From: Candidatus Micrarchaeota archaeon
Lineage (GTDB): Archaea > Micrarchaeota > Micrarchaeia > Norongarragalinales > SBBD01
Direction of reading: 5' to 3'
Assembly (NCBI GenBank): GCA_038046605.1
Contig: JBBSVW010000079.1
Coordinates: 29,729-55,715 of the forward strand
Length of the DNA stretch: 25,987 nucleotides
Numbering within the stretch: position 1 is the first letter of the stretch; the number at the start of each line of letters is the position of its first letter. The translations under genes and the position numbers were made by a program. Under the pieces are notes generated by a model. The model had not been told where the DNA came from and ran no database searches. It worked only from the letters and a program-made list of their open reading frames with translations. Of this stretch, positions 15,779 through 25,140 are shown one piece after another.

Positions 15779-16192
15779 TCACACCTTCCCCGGCAAAACC
15801 GCACTCACTTCAGAATATCCCCTGAAATCCAAATCAACCGTTATCACATTCTGGATCTCATTGCCCTGCGCGACGCATACCTGCAAAAGATCGCGGTTTG
15901 AGACGGAATAGCCGTATTTTTTTATGAGTTCGAGGTAATTGGCGATGTCCAATTCCGTTACCGGAAGCACGGCAAGCCCCATTGCAAGGATCCGCCAGCA
16001 CATATCCGCGCCATCCTTGGTTTTGCCCATCCTGGAAAAGCGGTAGGTGATTTCCTGGAAGGTTTCCGTTGTGATGGCGGCCTCGATTTCACCCGCATGA
16101 ATCCGCCTAAGGATTGCTGCGCACGAAGCCTTATGGTCGCTCTCGCTTCCCGCAGCATACATGAAAATGCAGGTATCGACCAAATACCTCAT
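15779..16192 (-). CDS. vapC: PIN-domain VapC toxin
   Basis: MRYLVDTCIFMYAAG, TETFQEI, SNRDLLQV and ITVDLDF motifs. ATG overlaps the antitoxin TGA (ATGA). Confidence 0.9.
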   Translation of the reverse strand: MRYLVDTCIFMYAAGSESDHKASCAAILRRIHAGEIEAAITTETFQEITYRFSRMGKTKDGADMCWRILAMGLAVLPVTELDIANYLELIKKYGYSVSNRDLLQVCVAQGNEIQNVITVDLDFRGYSEVSAVLPGKV

Positions 16193-16440
16193 CCAAAACG
16201 CCCCTCCAACTGCTTTTTGATGTTTTTCCAATCCTCAATTGGAAGGTTCATGCCAATCAAATCCTCAACTGGATTCCCAGATGATGCATAAACTGGCTGC
16301 AAAATCAGACGCTCCTCCTCCTTTGTTAGCTTCTCGACTGAAATTTCAAGGAAGCCGCCTTCCAGTTTCGCTTCAGTGCGCAGGCGTTTGGGGATAGATA
16401 TCCTGCCAAATTTATCAATTCTGGCAAAGTAACGTTTCAT
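16189..16440 (-). CDS. AbrB/MazE/SpoVT-family antitoxin
   Basis: ARIDKFGRISIPKRLR AbrB motif, RBS GGTGA before ATG 16440, translationally coupled to vapC. Confidence 0.82.
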   Translation of the reverse strand: MKRYFARIDKFGRISIPKRLRTEAKLEGGFLEISVEKLTKEEERLILQPVYASSGNPVEDLIGMNLPIEDWKNIKKQLEGRFG

Positions 16441-16662
16441 GCCAATCACCAAAATATTAAAATTGGCAAAATTATTAAACCCATTTGTTTTGGCCTTTGC
16501 GCCAATCCTTCAATATTCCAAAACATGTGCGGCCTATCCCTAGAGCATTTCCTCCCATCGATTCAATTATGGCGAAAAATGAGTTAATATTCTAAATGAG
16601 GGGTAGTTTCCGGTGGGCTATGCCGATGTTAGCTTTATATTTTCCCCGCTTGTTACTTATCC

Positions 16663-17799
16663 ATGCACCTAAATTCCGCCTTTATTCTTCTGATTTTTTC
16701 ACTCCTGCTTTTTGGCTGCTCCCAGCCCTCCCCAACGCCAACCTCAACCGCCTCATCAAGTGCCATGCCAACAATTGGCGCCTCAGTAACACCATCAAAT
16801 ATCGTTCCAAGCGCATCTTCATCCCCAAGCAAAAAGCCCCTTGTAGATGTCCCCTCACCCGCCCCAATTATTGACATCTCGCCAACCCCCACTCCAATAC
16901 CCATTTCGTTTCGGGGAGATCCTTACGTTAATGTATCAAACCTCACTGCCAGGGTCAACTGGCAAACGTTCCAAAAATCCAATTCATTTGTGGAATATGG
17001 CAAAACCGAAAAATATGGGGGAATAATCAAGCAGGGCGATAATTCCACCGTGCATTCGATTAACCTAACCGGCCTTGAATTTCTAACCCCCTACCATTAC
17101 CGTGTCATTTCCTGCATTGGCGAGAGCTGCAACCGCTCAAGCAATTTCACGTTCAAAACTGGGCACAAGCAGTGCTCCGGAGGCTCATCCTATATTGCAG
17201 AGGGTGATTTTTGCATTGACAATTTCGAGGCTTCCATGGTGCAGGGGAAAATCATCATACAAGGAGGCAGGATTCCAACCAGCTCCATCTCCCGGGCTGA
17301 TGCGCAAAGTGCCTGCAGGCAGGTGGGAAAGCGCCTATGCACATCGGCAGAATTCACCGCTTCATGCAATATACGGGGCGAAAAATATGGCGATCTTGGC
17401 GATAATGAGTGCAATTCGTGGAATTCCTCCTATGTGCCAACTGGAAAGGCAACCAACTGCACATCAAAAGAAGGGGTCCACGACCTTGTTGGCAATTTCT
17501 GGGAATGGGTATCGGATTCCGTAAATGACAAAACGCCATTTTATGAAGGCCTAGTCGAGCGCGATGATATCCTAAGCGCTGGCAAGGATTACGTGCTTCC
17601 AAGGCAGTTTACCGGCGAGACCTTGCGGCATGGCAGTGATTATTATTACAATTGGGAGCAAAACCGGGCAACATTCATCGGAACAGGAATCGTGCGCGGG
17701 GGCTACTACGCATCCCAAAAAGGGGGCGGGTGCTTTTCATATATAGTTGGCGCCCCCCTGGAAGGGGACCAAAAGATAGGCTTTAGGTGCTGCAGTTGA
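16663..17799 (+). CDS. Lipoprotein with Pro/Ser/Thr stalk, FN3-like domain and C-terminal FGE-sulfatase (C-type lectin fold) domain
   Basis: Lipobox LLFG-C and a PS/PT-rich linker. FN3/purple-acid-phosphatase-N-like segment VNWQT..VEYG..LTGL..YHYRV. FGE motifs FCIDNFEAS, AQSACRQVGKRLCT, GVHDLVGNFWEWV and RGG..IGFRCC. Probably leaderless (TTTATA at ~16634). Confidence 0.85.
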   Translation: MHLNSAFILLIFSLLLFGCSQPSPTPTSTASSSAMPTIGASVTPSNIVPSASSSPSKKPLVDVPSPAPIIDISPTPTPIPISFRGDPYVNVSNLTARVNWQTFQKSNSFVEYGKTEKYGGIIKQGDNSTVHSINLTGLEFLTPYHYRVISCIGESCNRSSNFTFKTGHKQCSGGSSYIAEGDFCIDNFEASMVQGKIIIQGGRIPTSSISRADAQSACRQVGKRLCTSAEFTASCNIRGEKYGDLGDNECNSWNSSYVPTGKATNCTSKEGVHDLVGNFWEWVSDSVNDKTPFYEGLVERDDILSAGKDYVLPRQFTGETLRHGSDYYYNWEQNRATFIGTGIVRGGYYASQKGGGCFSYIVGAPLEGDQKIGFRCCS

Positions 17800-17837
17800 A
17801 TTGCGTTAAATTTGAGCTTCCAATAAAATGAATTCGC

Positions 17838-20132
17838 CTAACCAAATAATCCCTTCAATGCGCTGAATATCCCATTTGCGGAAGAACGCTTGCCCTCGGA
17901 TTTCTTGTCAAGTTCGGTTTTGCGATCCTTCAATTCCTGAATCTGCTCCAATAAAGCCGCTTTTAGCGCCTCATCATCCACCTGCTCCGCAAGCTTTTCA
18001 AGCCTCCCGGTTGTCGTTGCAAGCTTATCCGCTTGCGCTTTCAGCTCCTCCGCCTCCTTGTTCTCCTGCTCCGCCTTCAGCCCCAAAAATTTAGCCATCC
18101 CGTAAGCTGCATCCTTTTGTTTCTCGGCATTCTCAAGCGCATCCAATTTCTGCTTTGTATCTGCCAAGCCTGTTGCTTCTGTTGAAGCCCATGGTTTCAA
18201 GTCATCCGAAAGCGCCTGATCATTCCCTGTCAATACCCCGATGCTCCTACCGATCTCATCTTTTTCGGCCGTCGCAGCTGCGCCGCCGCCATCTTTTTCA
18301 GCTGAAGCCTTTGCCTTCTTCCTGTATGGATTTACGAGGCAGAAATTCTTGACGTTTTTCGCGATCAACTCTTTCATTCGTTCCTCTGAATTCAAAAGGT
18401 CGCATCTCTTGAGTTGCTTTTCCCCAAATTCGCATGCACGCTTGCTCCGCTCCACGCACATCTCATATCCTTTCTGCTGGAATTTGCAGAATTGCCCGAA
18501 CTTCCTGCCGTTGAGCTTGACTTCGATTTCACATAATCTTTCCTGCATTTGCGTGTTGCTTTTCTGCTTGCTGAATTGCCCCAAAACCCTTTCACTGCAG
18601 GCGCTTATGAACTTGCCCTTATCGCATAGTTCCTCCTTTGATTTCACCCCCATCGGATACCTGCGGTTTTGGCAGCTTTGCATAATCCGATCCTTGCTTT
18701 CCTGCCATTGCTGCCTGCAAAACGCTGTGCTATCAAACGCCGTACTATCCCTAGGTGCGCTGCCATCCTCAAAATGTTGCCCTGCGGCAAACAAGCCAGT
18801 GAGGACGTTCCAATAGCCCATCACAAATCCGCCGGATGTGCTAGACGGCGGTTCAGATGATGGTGGTGTTTCAGCAGGCGGAGGTGTTTGTGTCGTTTCG
18901 GCTGGTGGAGTCGCCTGTGGTGGCGCGGTTTCAGAGGGAGGAGCTGTCGCTTGTGGGGCGTCCAAAGACGGAGTCGGTGCTGTGCCAGTAGGGTATGGTT
19001 CACCTATAGGCTGCTGATCCGAAGGATACCCGCCGGGATAATTGCTCGGGTAAGGCTCGCCTCCTGGGGGATATTGTTGATTAGGATAACTGCCCGCAGG
19101 GTAACCTTGCCCTTGGGGGTACTGCCCTGGTTGACCGGGAAAAGGTTGCCCTCCCGGATATTGCCCCTGCGGATATTGTCCTCCTTGCTGCTGGTTAGGA
19201 TAACCTCCCTGGGGATAATTGCCGCCCTGAGGTGTTTGCGGCCTATAATCATTCGGGAAACCGCCCATTCCCTGCATTCTCTGCGCACATTCCTTGACGA
19301 AGTTTTCCTCCGAGCATGGCAATCCTTCATCGCCTTCAGTGCACATCCGCTCAAAGTTCGGCGCGCTCAATAAGTATTCCCTCTCGCACGTAAGCGGCAA
19401 TTCCTCCTTCATATATTCCTCGCGTTGCGAGAACTCCTCCGAAATTCGCCCTTTGCATTGCGCGAGCATTTCATCCTGCTTGGGGGGGCATGAAAGCTGC
19501 GCTCCGCCGGAATTCCCCTTTATTTGCTCGCACATGTCGCCTGATTGCTTGCACCTATCTGCGCTCTCCTTTAGCTCGGCGCAAAATTCCCTGCCCAATT
19601 CTATCCCTTCAGCCTTAATTTCAGTATAAATGTAATTCGAAAACTCTTCAGTGTTTGTGCATTTTTCTGCGATTTCCTCGAGGCTAAAGCGCGTCCGCAG
19701 CTCATCCCCAAACCTCGCAGAAAACATCTCCTCATCCGAAATGCCGTCGGGCAGCTCGTGTGGAATTACCATGGGCTGGGATGAAACCATAAATTTGTCA
19801 AAAGATGGATCCCCAAACCCGCCGCCTTCGAAATCCGATCCGCCCATTCCCGGCCCTCCAAACCCTGCGCCTCCACCAAAATCATCCCCTCCAAATCCCG
19901 GCCCGCCTCCACCGAAATCAGGGGAACCGCCAAACCCTGCGCCTCCGAACCCATCATCCCCAAAACCAGCCCCGCCACCAAAACCGTTTGGTCCGCCTTG
20001 TGGGTTATCGCCCCTGGGCTGATTGCCAGGTGGAGGCGATTGCGGCTCGGCTGCTTTTGCGAATAGGGCAATGGAAAATAGTGATAAGACAATAAACGCG
20101 GCAATCTGGCGTTCAGATGGTGGGTGCATCAT
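17838..20132 (-). CDS. Secreted Cys-rich, low-complexity protein with a C-terminal coiled coil; function unknown
   Basis: Signal peptide ([18 protein letters not shown]), GGF/GGDDF tract, Cys-rich helical block, YPQG/QP tract, P/T/E linker, second Cys-rich block, coiled coil and an amphipathic end ([11 protein letters not shown]). TATA about 21-28 bp upstream. Confidence 0.85.
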   Translation of the reverse strand: MMHPPSERQIAAFIVLSLFSIALFAKAAEPQSPPPGNQPRGDNPQGGPNGFGGGAGFGDDGFGGAGFGGSPDFGGGGPGFGGDDFGGGAGFGGPGMGGSDFEGGGFGDPSFDKFMVSSQPMVIPHELPDGISDEEMFSARFGDELRTRFSLEEIAEKCTNTEEFSNYIYTEIKAEGIELGREFCAELKESADRCKQSGDMCEQIKGNSGGAQLSCPPKQDEMLAQCKGRISEEFSQREEYMKEELPLTCEREYLLSAPNFERMCTEGDEGLPCSEENFVKECAQRMQGMGGFPNDYRPQTPQGGNYPQGGYPNQQQGGQYPQGQYPGGQPFPGQPGQYPQGQGYPAGSYPNQQYPPGGEPYPSNYPGGYPSDQQPIGEPYPTGTAPTPSLDAPQATAPPSETAPPQATPPAETTQTPPPAETPPSSEPPSSTSGGFVMGYWNVLTGLFAAGQHFEDGSAPRDSTAFDSTAFCRQQWQESKDRIMQSCQNRRYPMGVKSKEELCDKGKFISACSERVLGQFSKQKSNTQMQERLCEIEVKLNGRKFGQFCKFQQKGYEMCVERSKRACEFGEKQLKRCDLLNSEERMKELIAKNVKNFCLVNPYRKKAKASAEKDGGGAAATAEKDEIGRSIGVLTGNDQALSDDLKPWASTEATGLADTKQKLDALENAEKQKDAAYGMAKFLGLKAEQENKEAEELKAQADKLATTTGRLEKLAEQVDDEALKAALLEQIQELKDRKTELDKKSEGKRSSANGIFSALKGLFG

Positions 20133-20239
20133 AATTTAAAAATCCGAGCGCATATTTAAGGTTATCGGTTGAATTTTTCAATAAAATTCTTCTGGACGTA
20201 AAACACAAATATATCGATCCATCTAAAAATTTGCCATTC

Positions 20240-21478
20240 TCATTTCGGAAGATGCCTTTCCATGAATGTGCGCATCTTTGCGAATGCTTCCGCTTGGAAC
20301 TCCTTTGAACCTAGCGGCACCATCCTGAAATAGCGATCCTGTGGTTTCATGCCAAACCCGCTTCCCGGAACAACGCGGATTCCCTCCTGCCTTAATAGTT
20401 GCTCCACGAATTCTAGGTCAGTTTTCCAGGGGCCTTTTGTAACCCTTGGGAACATGTAAAATGCGCCGCTTGGCTCGATTACTTCAAGCCCGGGCATGGA
20501 GTTTATGCTCCTCGCCCCAAAAATCACCCGGTCCACCATCCGATTTAGGTACTTTTTTTGCTCCTCCTCATACTGATGGAGCTCATTTAATGCGTGCGCA
20601 TAAGACATTTGGAGCGCCTGGTTGCCAGAGAGCCTAAATGCGCAAACCTTGATTAGGGCATCCCTAATGGAGCCATCCGGAAAATTGGAGAAGAGCACAT
20701 GCCCAAGGCGCCAGCCCGGCGAATAAAAGCCCTTGGAAAATCCATCCATTGTGATTATTGGAACGTCCTGCGAAAAGCTCGCCATTGCCGGGTGGGGTTT
20801 GCCATCGAACCTAAGCCTATGGTAAATTTCATCCGACATTAGCGGCACTTGCCCCAATCCCTTTTCACCCACAATTTTAACCATCTGCGCCATTTTATCG
20901 GAATCTATAATCGATCCCGTCGGGTTGTTTGGGTGTATGGCAACCACCCATGCCGTATTTGCATCAATTGCGTTTTCAAGCTGATCCAGCTTTGGCGTCC
21001 ACTTGTCATTTGGATCAAGATCGTAGTGCCTAACTTCCGCCCCGTACCATTTGGCCATTGCGGTGTAGAGGGGATAATCGGGCCTTGGGACCACAATATT
21101 TTTGCCCTTCTCAAGTGTTACCCCAAACAAATATCCAATTAGCTCTGATAAGCCATTTCCCACCACTACATTTTCCGGATTTGCATCGGCAATTTTCCTT
21201 TTTTTTGAATCATTGGCAATTGCGCTCCTAACCTCGATATCCCCCTGCTCGTTTGCATACCCATCGAACTTTCCGCTGGAAATTACCTTGATTAGATCCT
21301 TTCGGATGTATTCCGGCATGGAAAAGCCATATTCCCCCCTAAGGGCCCCTGGATCGCCGATATTGAATTCATAAATTTTCTTGCCAGTTGCGCGTACCTC
21401 CTTTACGGCCTGTGCCATCTTTGGATCCCTGATTGCATACTCTGCATCGTGTACCCTCTTCGCAATTGCAAGCGTCAT
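20240..21478 (-). CDS. PLP-dependent class I/II aminotransferase, AlaA (alanine aminotransferase)-like
   Basis: EYAIRD, NIGDP, GNGLSELI, PDYPLYTA, HPNNPTG, SDEIY, GFSK (PLP lysine), PGWRLG, GAFYMFP and VVPGSGFG motifs. Confidence 0.9.
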   Translation of the reverse strand: MTLAIAKRVHDAEYAIRDPKMAQAVKEVRATGKKIYEFNIGDPGALRGEYGFSMPEYIRKDLIKVISSGKFDGYANEQGDIEVRSAIANDSKKRKIADANPENVVVGNGLSELIGYLFGVTLEKGKNIVVPRPDYPLYTAMAKWYGAEVRHYDLDPNDKWTPKLDQLENAIDANTAWVVAIHPNNPTGSIIDSDKMAQMVKIVGEKGLGQVPLMSDEIYHRLRFDGKPHPAMASFSQDVPIITMDGFSKGFYSPGWRLGHVLFSNFPDGSIRDALIKVCAFRLSGNQALQMSYAHALNELHQYEEEQKKYLNRMVDRVIFGARSINSMPGLEVIEPSGAFYMFPRVTKGPWKTDLEFVEQLLRQEGIRVVPGSGFGMKPQDRYFRMVPLGSKEFQAEAFAKMRTFMERHLPK

Positions 21479-21654
21479 ATCCTTATTGCCCTCTTTTAAT
21501 TTTCAGCGCAAAATTTTTTATCATTTAGATTTGGCAAGCTTAATAAACGCTAATCCACGACCTTAAATTTGGGGATTGACGAAAAGTTCAGGTAGGGAAA
21601 AAATGCAATGGAATTAAAAAGCACTTAATTAAGAAATTGTGGAAGGTGGTTTTT

Positions 21655-23226
21655 TTGCCTGCACGAAGAGACGAAACCGCATCCGGGGTTGTCGATTATA
21701 TTTCCGAGCGAGTCCGCTCCGCTAAGCCTTATGGGATTAGGCTTCTGGATCCCCAGGAACCCGATGTTATTGCCCGTTCGGTGATGAGAATCGACCAATT
21801 GACTACCGTACTTAAGGACAAACTGCCATTCCCGCAAATGGAAATGGTCGAAAGATTAAGAACACATGTCCGGGAGGTAAATCCCAATCTCGATTTTTTG
21901 CCTCCAGATGAAAAAAAAGAGGTTTCCCGTTTTGTGAACATACTTGTGCACCAGGGCTACATCAAAGCGAGCATCGGCGATACGGTTGTGCCAGGACATC
22001 CGATTTTCAGAACCAACCATCTTTTCCTGGATTACCTGACTAAGGCTTTCGAGCGGGGTCAAACGGGATATTCCGGCTCCACTGGAACGCCGAATTTCAA
22101 GAAAGCAGTCGCAGATTACACCGATTTCAGATTCGGTTTCAAGACGGAACCTTCAGATGTTCTGGTAGGCAGGGGCGCTACTGACCCCATTGAGAAAATT
22201 TCGCAGTCGCTCATGCAGGATTCCTATGGCATTGCTGGCGCGCCGTTTTATCCGCCGTACGAAAGCTCCACGCATCTCGCGGGAGGGAAGCTCTCGAGAA
22301 TAGTTGCGAAAGAGGAAAACGGTTACAGATTGACCGCCGATGAGATCGAGGTAAGGATAAAAAAACTCGTAAACCGGGGCGTTCCTTTGAAAAAAATAAA
22401 GGTACTCTGGCTGACGCATCCTAACAATCCGACCGGCTTTTTCTATTCCGAAGCCGAACTCGGGAGGATTGCTGCGGTTGCGAGGAAATATAACCTGACC
22501 GTAGTAGCGGACGAAGTATATGGCGGCACTGTTACCGAAGGCAATTACACATCGATGCTCAAGGTTTGGGAATCCCTGCCAGAAGAAAGGCGCTTTCCGC
22601 TTGTACACCTTGGCGGGTTTTCGAAAGACCCCCTCTTTTGGTTTACGGGAGCCAGAATCGGATGGGCAGTCATACCTGGCAAAGATAAGCGTTCGCAGGC
22701 TTTGAGAAATACAATTAACTTCACCCTTGCGCCTCCGCAATTAAACCCCCCAACCCCGCTTGAAGAAGCCGGCGCAGAATTGATAAACCACTACTTGCAA
22801 AATCCCAAGCAATTTCGTGCTCATATGGGCGAAGCTTTGAAGGTGTTGGATCAAAAAAATTCCCGCCTGCATGAGGTCATGAACGCCATTCCTCAAGTCC
22901 AGCGGGCAGGAGGATATGCAAAACCGCCTTCTGCCTTCTATCATTTCGTGCCGTTCGACATCTCCAGAACCAGCTTAAGCGGCAGCAGAAATCCTGATTT
23001 GGCGTTTGCAAGAATGCTTCAGAGGCGTTATCGGTTGCGCCTGACTCATGGCGGTGCTTTCTATTATCCCCCATCAGTAAAGCGCGGCAGTGCAAACGTG
23101 ATCCACCAGAGGATTGTCAGCTTGCTTCCCAATGACCTGATTGATGAAATAGGCATACGCATTAGGAAAGCATTAGGTAAAATGGAGTCTGGCCAAAGGA
23201 AAAAATCAAATAATCAGGAAAAATAA
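21655..23226 (+). CDS. Divergent class I/II PLP aminotransferase with an N-terminal extension
   Basis: SIGD, GYSGSTG, PFYPPY, THPNNPTG, ADEVY, GGFSK..TGARIGW and PPSAFY motifs. TTG 21655 follows the RBS AGGTGG (ORF track start is 21637). Confidence 0.85.
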   Translation: MPARRDETASGVVDYISERVRSAKPYGIRLLDPQEPDVIARSVMRIDQLTTVLKDKLPFPQMEMVERLRTHVREVNPNLDFLPPDEKKEVSRFVNILVHQGYIKASIGDTVVPGHPIFRTNHLFLDYLTKAFERGQTGYSGSTGTPNFKKAVADYTDFRFGFKTEPSDVLVGRGATDPIEKISQSLMQDSYGIAGAPFYPPYESSTHLAGGKLSRIVAKEENGYRLTADEIEVRIKKLVNRGVPLKKIKVLWLTHPNNPTGFFYSEAELGRIAAVARKYNLTVVADEVYGGTVTEGNYTSMLKVWESLPEERRFPLVHLGGFSKDPLFWFTGARIGWAVIPGKDKRSQALRNTINFTLAPPQLNPPTPLEEAGAELINHYLQNPKQFRAHMGEALKVLDQKNSRLHEVMNAIPQVQRAGGYAKPPSAFYHFVPFDISRTSLSGSRNPDLAFARMLQRRYRLRLTHGGAFYYPPSVKRGSANVIHQRIVSLLPNDLIDEIGIRIRKALGKMESGQRKKSNNQEK

Positions 23227-23249
23227 AATAAAAAAAGAAAAAAGGAAAT
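23221..23249 (-). terminator. Oligo-T terminator of the TRAM gene
   Basis: The A-rich plus strand reads as long T-tracts on the minus strand right after the stop codon. Confidence 0.5.
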
Positions 23250-23678
23250 CTAAGCGACCTGTTCGTCGTCGGACCCTTCCCCGTCCCCTGCCTCATCCTC
23301 TGTGGATGCTGCCGGAGCTGCCTCGGTTGATCCCGCTGCAGATGCCTCGCCAACCTTCTGTGCGAGTGCGAACCTGTTGCGGACCTCGTTGATACGAATC
23401 CTGCACCTTTCGCCCTTGCTTGCGCCGGGCACGAAGATAATGAATCCCTGGATCTTGCAAATCCCATCGCCCTTTGCGGCAATGTCCGTTATTTCAACGT
23501 CGTATTCCTCTCCGCTCTTGACTGGTGCTTCGCGCTGCGAAAATCCACCGCCACCTCCAAAGCTTCCACCGCCGCCGCCTGAGCCACGGTCACGAAAACC
23601 ACCGCCGCCTCCGCCGCGATATCCGCCGCCTCCGCCTCCACTGCCGCCCCTTCTGTCGTCCCTGTCTCTAAAACCCAT
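23250..23678 (-). CDS. Single TRAM-domain RNA chaperone with a Gly/Arg-rich N-terminus and an acidic tail
   Basis: APVKSGEEYDVEITDIAAKGDGICKIQGFIIFVPGASKGERCRIRINEVRNRFALA is the archaeal TRAM signature; RBS AGGTGA. Confidence 0.93.
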   Translation of the reverse strand: MGFRDRDDRRGGSGGGGGGYRGGGGGGFRDRGSGGGGGSFGGGGGFSQREAPVKSGEEYDVEITDIAAKGDGICKIQGFIIFVPGASKGERCRIRINEVRNRFALAQKVGEASAAGSTEAAPAASTEDEAGDGEGSDDEQVA

Positions 23679-23958
23679 ACCTTATTTCACCTATTCTATA
23701 TCTGGCAATTTTCCCTAAAAGGGAAGATCCAGTCCGTACAGCAGATATGCTAATCGCTCAAAGGTAAATTCAAAGAATAAGACTCTTCAAAACGAATCGC
23801 TCTCAATTCCTCAAAACCCCTAATCACAACCAGCTTATCAACTTAGCTATTAATATGTGATCCCCTGTTTAAAAATTGAGCGGTTAGGGCATCTTTTTAC
23901 GATATTCCGTGTATGTTGCATGAGTTCTCCTTGTCCCCCATCCGAGCCTATTTGCCAA

Positions 23959-24225
23959 TCATTTATAGGTGGTTTCGCTCCTCCGTTCCACCTTAAGGAT
24001 CCTTATCGTATTCTCCAACCAATATGCCCTATAAATGATCCGATAACTCGAAATTCTGATTCTATATGTATCCTCCAATCCATCGATTTTCTTTAGGTCA
24101 TATAGGTCGTAAGGGGTCGGCTTTTGCTTCAAAGTGGCAAGTGCTTGAAAAATCCTTTCTTTGTATCCTCCCGTTATTTTCTTAAGTTCTTTTCGGGCCT
24201 TCCCTTCGAGCGTTATGTAGTACAT
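23959..24225 (-). CDS. relE: RelE/ParE-family toxin
   Basis: ARKELKKI..ERI..AL..L..P..DLKKIDGLEDTYRIRISSYRIIY pattern; 88 aa, basic. Confidence 0.9.
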   Translation of the reverse strand: MYYITLEGKARKELKKITGGYKERIFQALATLKQKPTPYDLYDLKKIDGLEDTYRIRISSYRIIYRAYWLENTIRILKVERRSETTYK

Positions 24226-24234
24226 TGCCTTCGC

Positions 24235-24495
24235 CTATTTTCCAGCCATGACTTCATCAAGGGAATATTCCTTGCCAGATTCCATTTCACTCATTATTTT
24301 TTTCAGCTCCCTCCTTTCTTTCTCTGAAATCTTTTCGGTAGGGATGAATGCATACCTTTCGAGCAGGTGATATTTTGTGTTGAGTTCCAATAGCCCAACC
24401 CGGATCGCTTCGATCTGGTTCTTCACAATCCCCTGCGCAATTGCGGCATCTACGATCTGCTCGAGCTTCCCCTCCAGCCTCACGTTCATGTTCAT
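24235..24495 (-). CDS. RHH-type antitoxin of the RelE toxin
   Basis: MNVRLEG...QGIVKNQIEAIRVGL RHH pattern with an acidic tail (EMESGKEYSLDEV). RBS GGAGGTGG before ATG 24495. Confidence 0.78.
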   Translation of the reverse strand: MNMNVRLEGKLEQIVDAAIAQGIVKNQIEAIRVGLLELNTKYHLLERYAFIPTEKISEKERRELKKIMSEMESGKEYSLDEVMAGK

Positions 24496-24511
24496 TCTTC
24501 CCACCTCCACG

Positions 24512-24568
24512 AACCTTTTTAGAAAAAGGTTTATCAAAAACTTTTAATAGTGATTAAAAATATCACTA
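24512..24568. promoter_or_regulatory. Inverted-repeat operators upstream of the RelBE-like pair
   Basis: AACCTTTTT-AG-AAAAAGGTT (24512-24531) and TAGTGAT-N7-ATCACTA (24548-24568). Confidence 0.45.
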
Positions 24569-24702
24569 AAAGTATGATGGAAATGGTATATAAAAGCTTT
24601 ATCTTAGGGCTTTTTCCGTTTTTCAATTAGTTCTTATCTCTCCCCAACCGGCTGCCATCAAATCAATGAGCTGAACGTTGACTTTGCGGACCCATTTCAT
24701 TT

Positions 24703-25140
24703 TCAACCTGCCCGGAATTCCTTATCAAAATGCCTTTTGAATTCTGGGAGGACGCTGACAATGAACCCCAGCGCTTCCCTGCAGGTTTCAGGCGATATGT
24801 GCGCAGCGCCATAAACCGCTTTGTTCCGAAGAATCCGAAGCCGATCAAATGCCGCTAGAAGGGGCTGGGGGAATTTGTAAAACTCCCTGAGAAATGCAAT
24901 ATGGGCTTCATGTGAATACGGCTTGTAGCCCTTCAGCTCCATCAACGCCTGGCAGCCCTCCCTCAAAGCCTCGTAAATGTCCTCGAAAACAAACGGGGCG
25001 GTTTCGTTGCTGATTTTTTGTTCGCGTACATACGCAAGGCGTGAAAGCGATTTTTCCATAAGTGCGGCGGCGTTCTCCAAATTCGGGCTGCCTTTCTTCA
25101 CCACGCCTGCGTCCACATAAAACTGGAAATCCTCTATCAT
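24703..25140 (-). CDS. HEPN-domain protein (partner of the MNT)
   Basis: All-helical protein with IYEALRE, GYKPYSHEA and RILRNKAVYG (RNxxxY variant of the Rx4-6H motif). ATGA overlap with the upstream MNT gene. Confidence 0.8.
   Translation of the reverse strand: MIEDFQFYVDAGVVKKGSPNLENAAALMEKSLSRLAYVREQKISNETAPFVFEDIYEALREGCQALMELKGYKPYSHEAHIAFLREFYKFPQPLLAAFDRLRILRNKAVYGAAHISPETCREALGFIVSVLPEFKRHFDKEFRAG

Noticed and set aside
16663-17840. Complete diversity-generating retroelement
   Set aside because: No reverse transcriptase, accessory gene, template repeat or downstream GC hairpin in the window; only the target-like fold is present.
17876-20104. Pro-rich plus-strand ORFs opposite the 764-aa gene (also 23302-23718 opposite TRAM)
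   Set aside because: They are antisense reflections of Gly-rich codons; the minus-strand genes carry the signal peptide or the recognisable domain.
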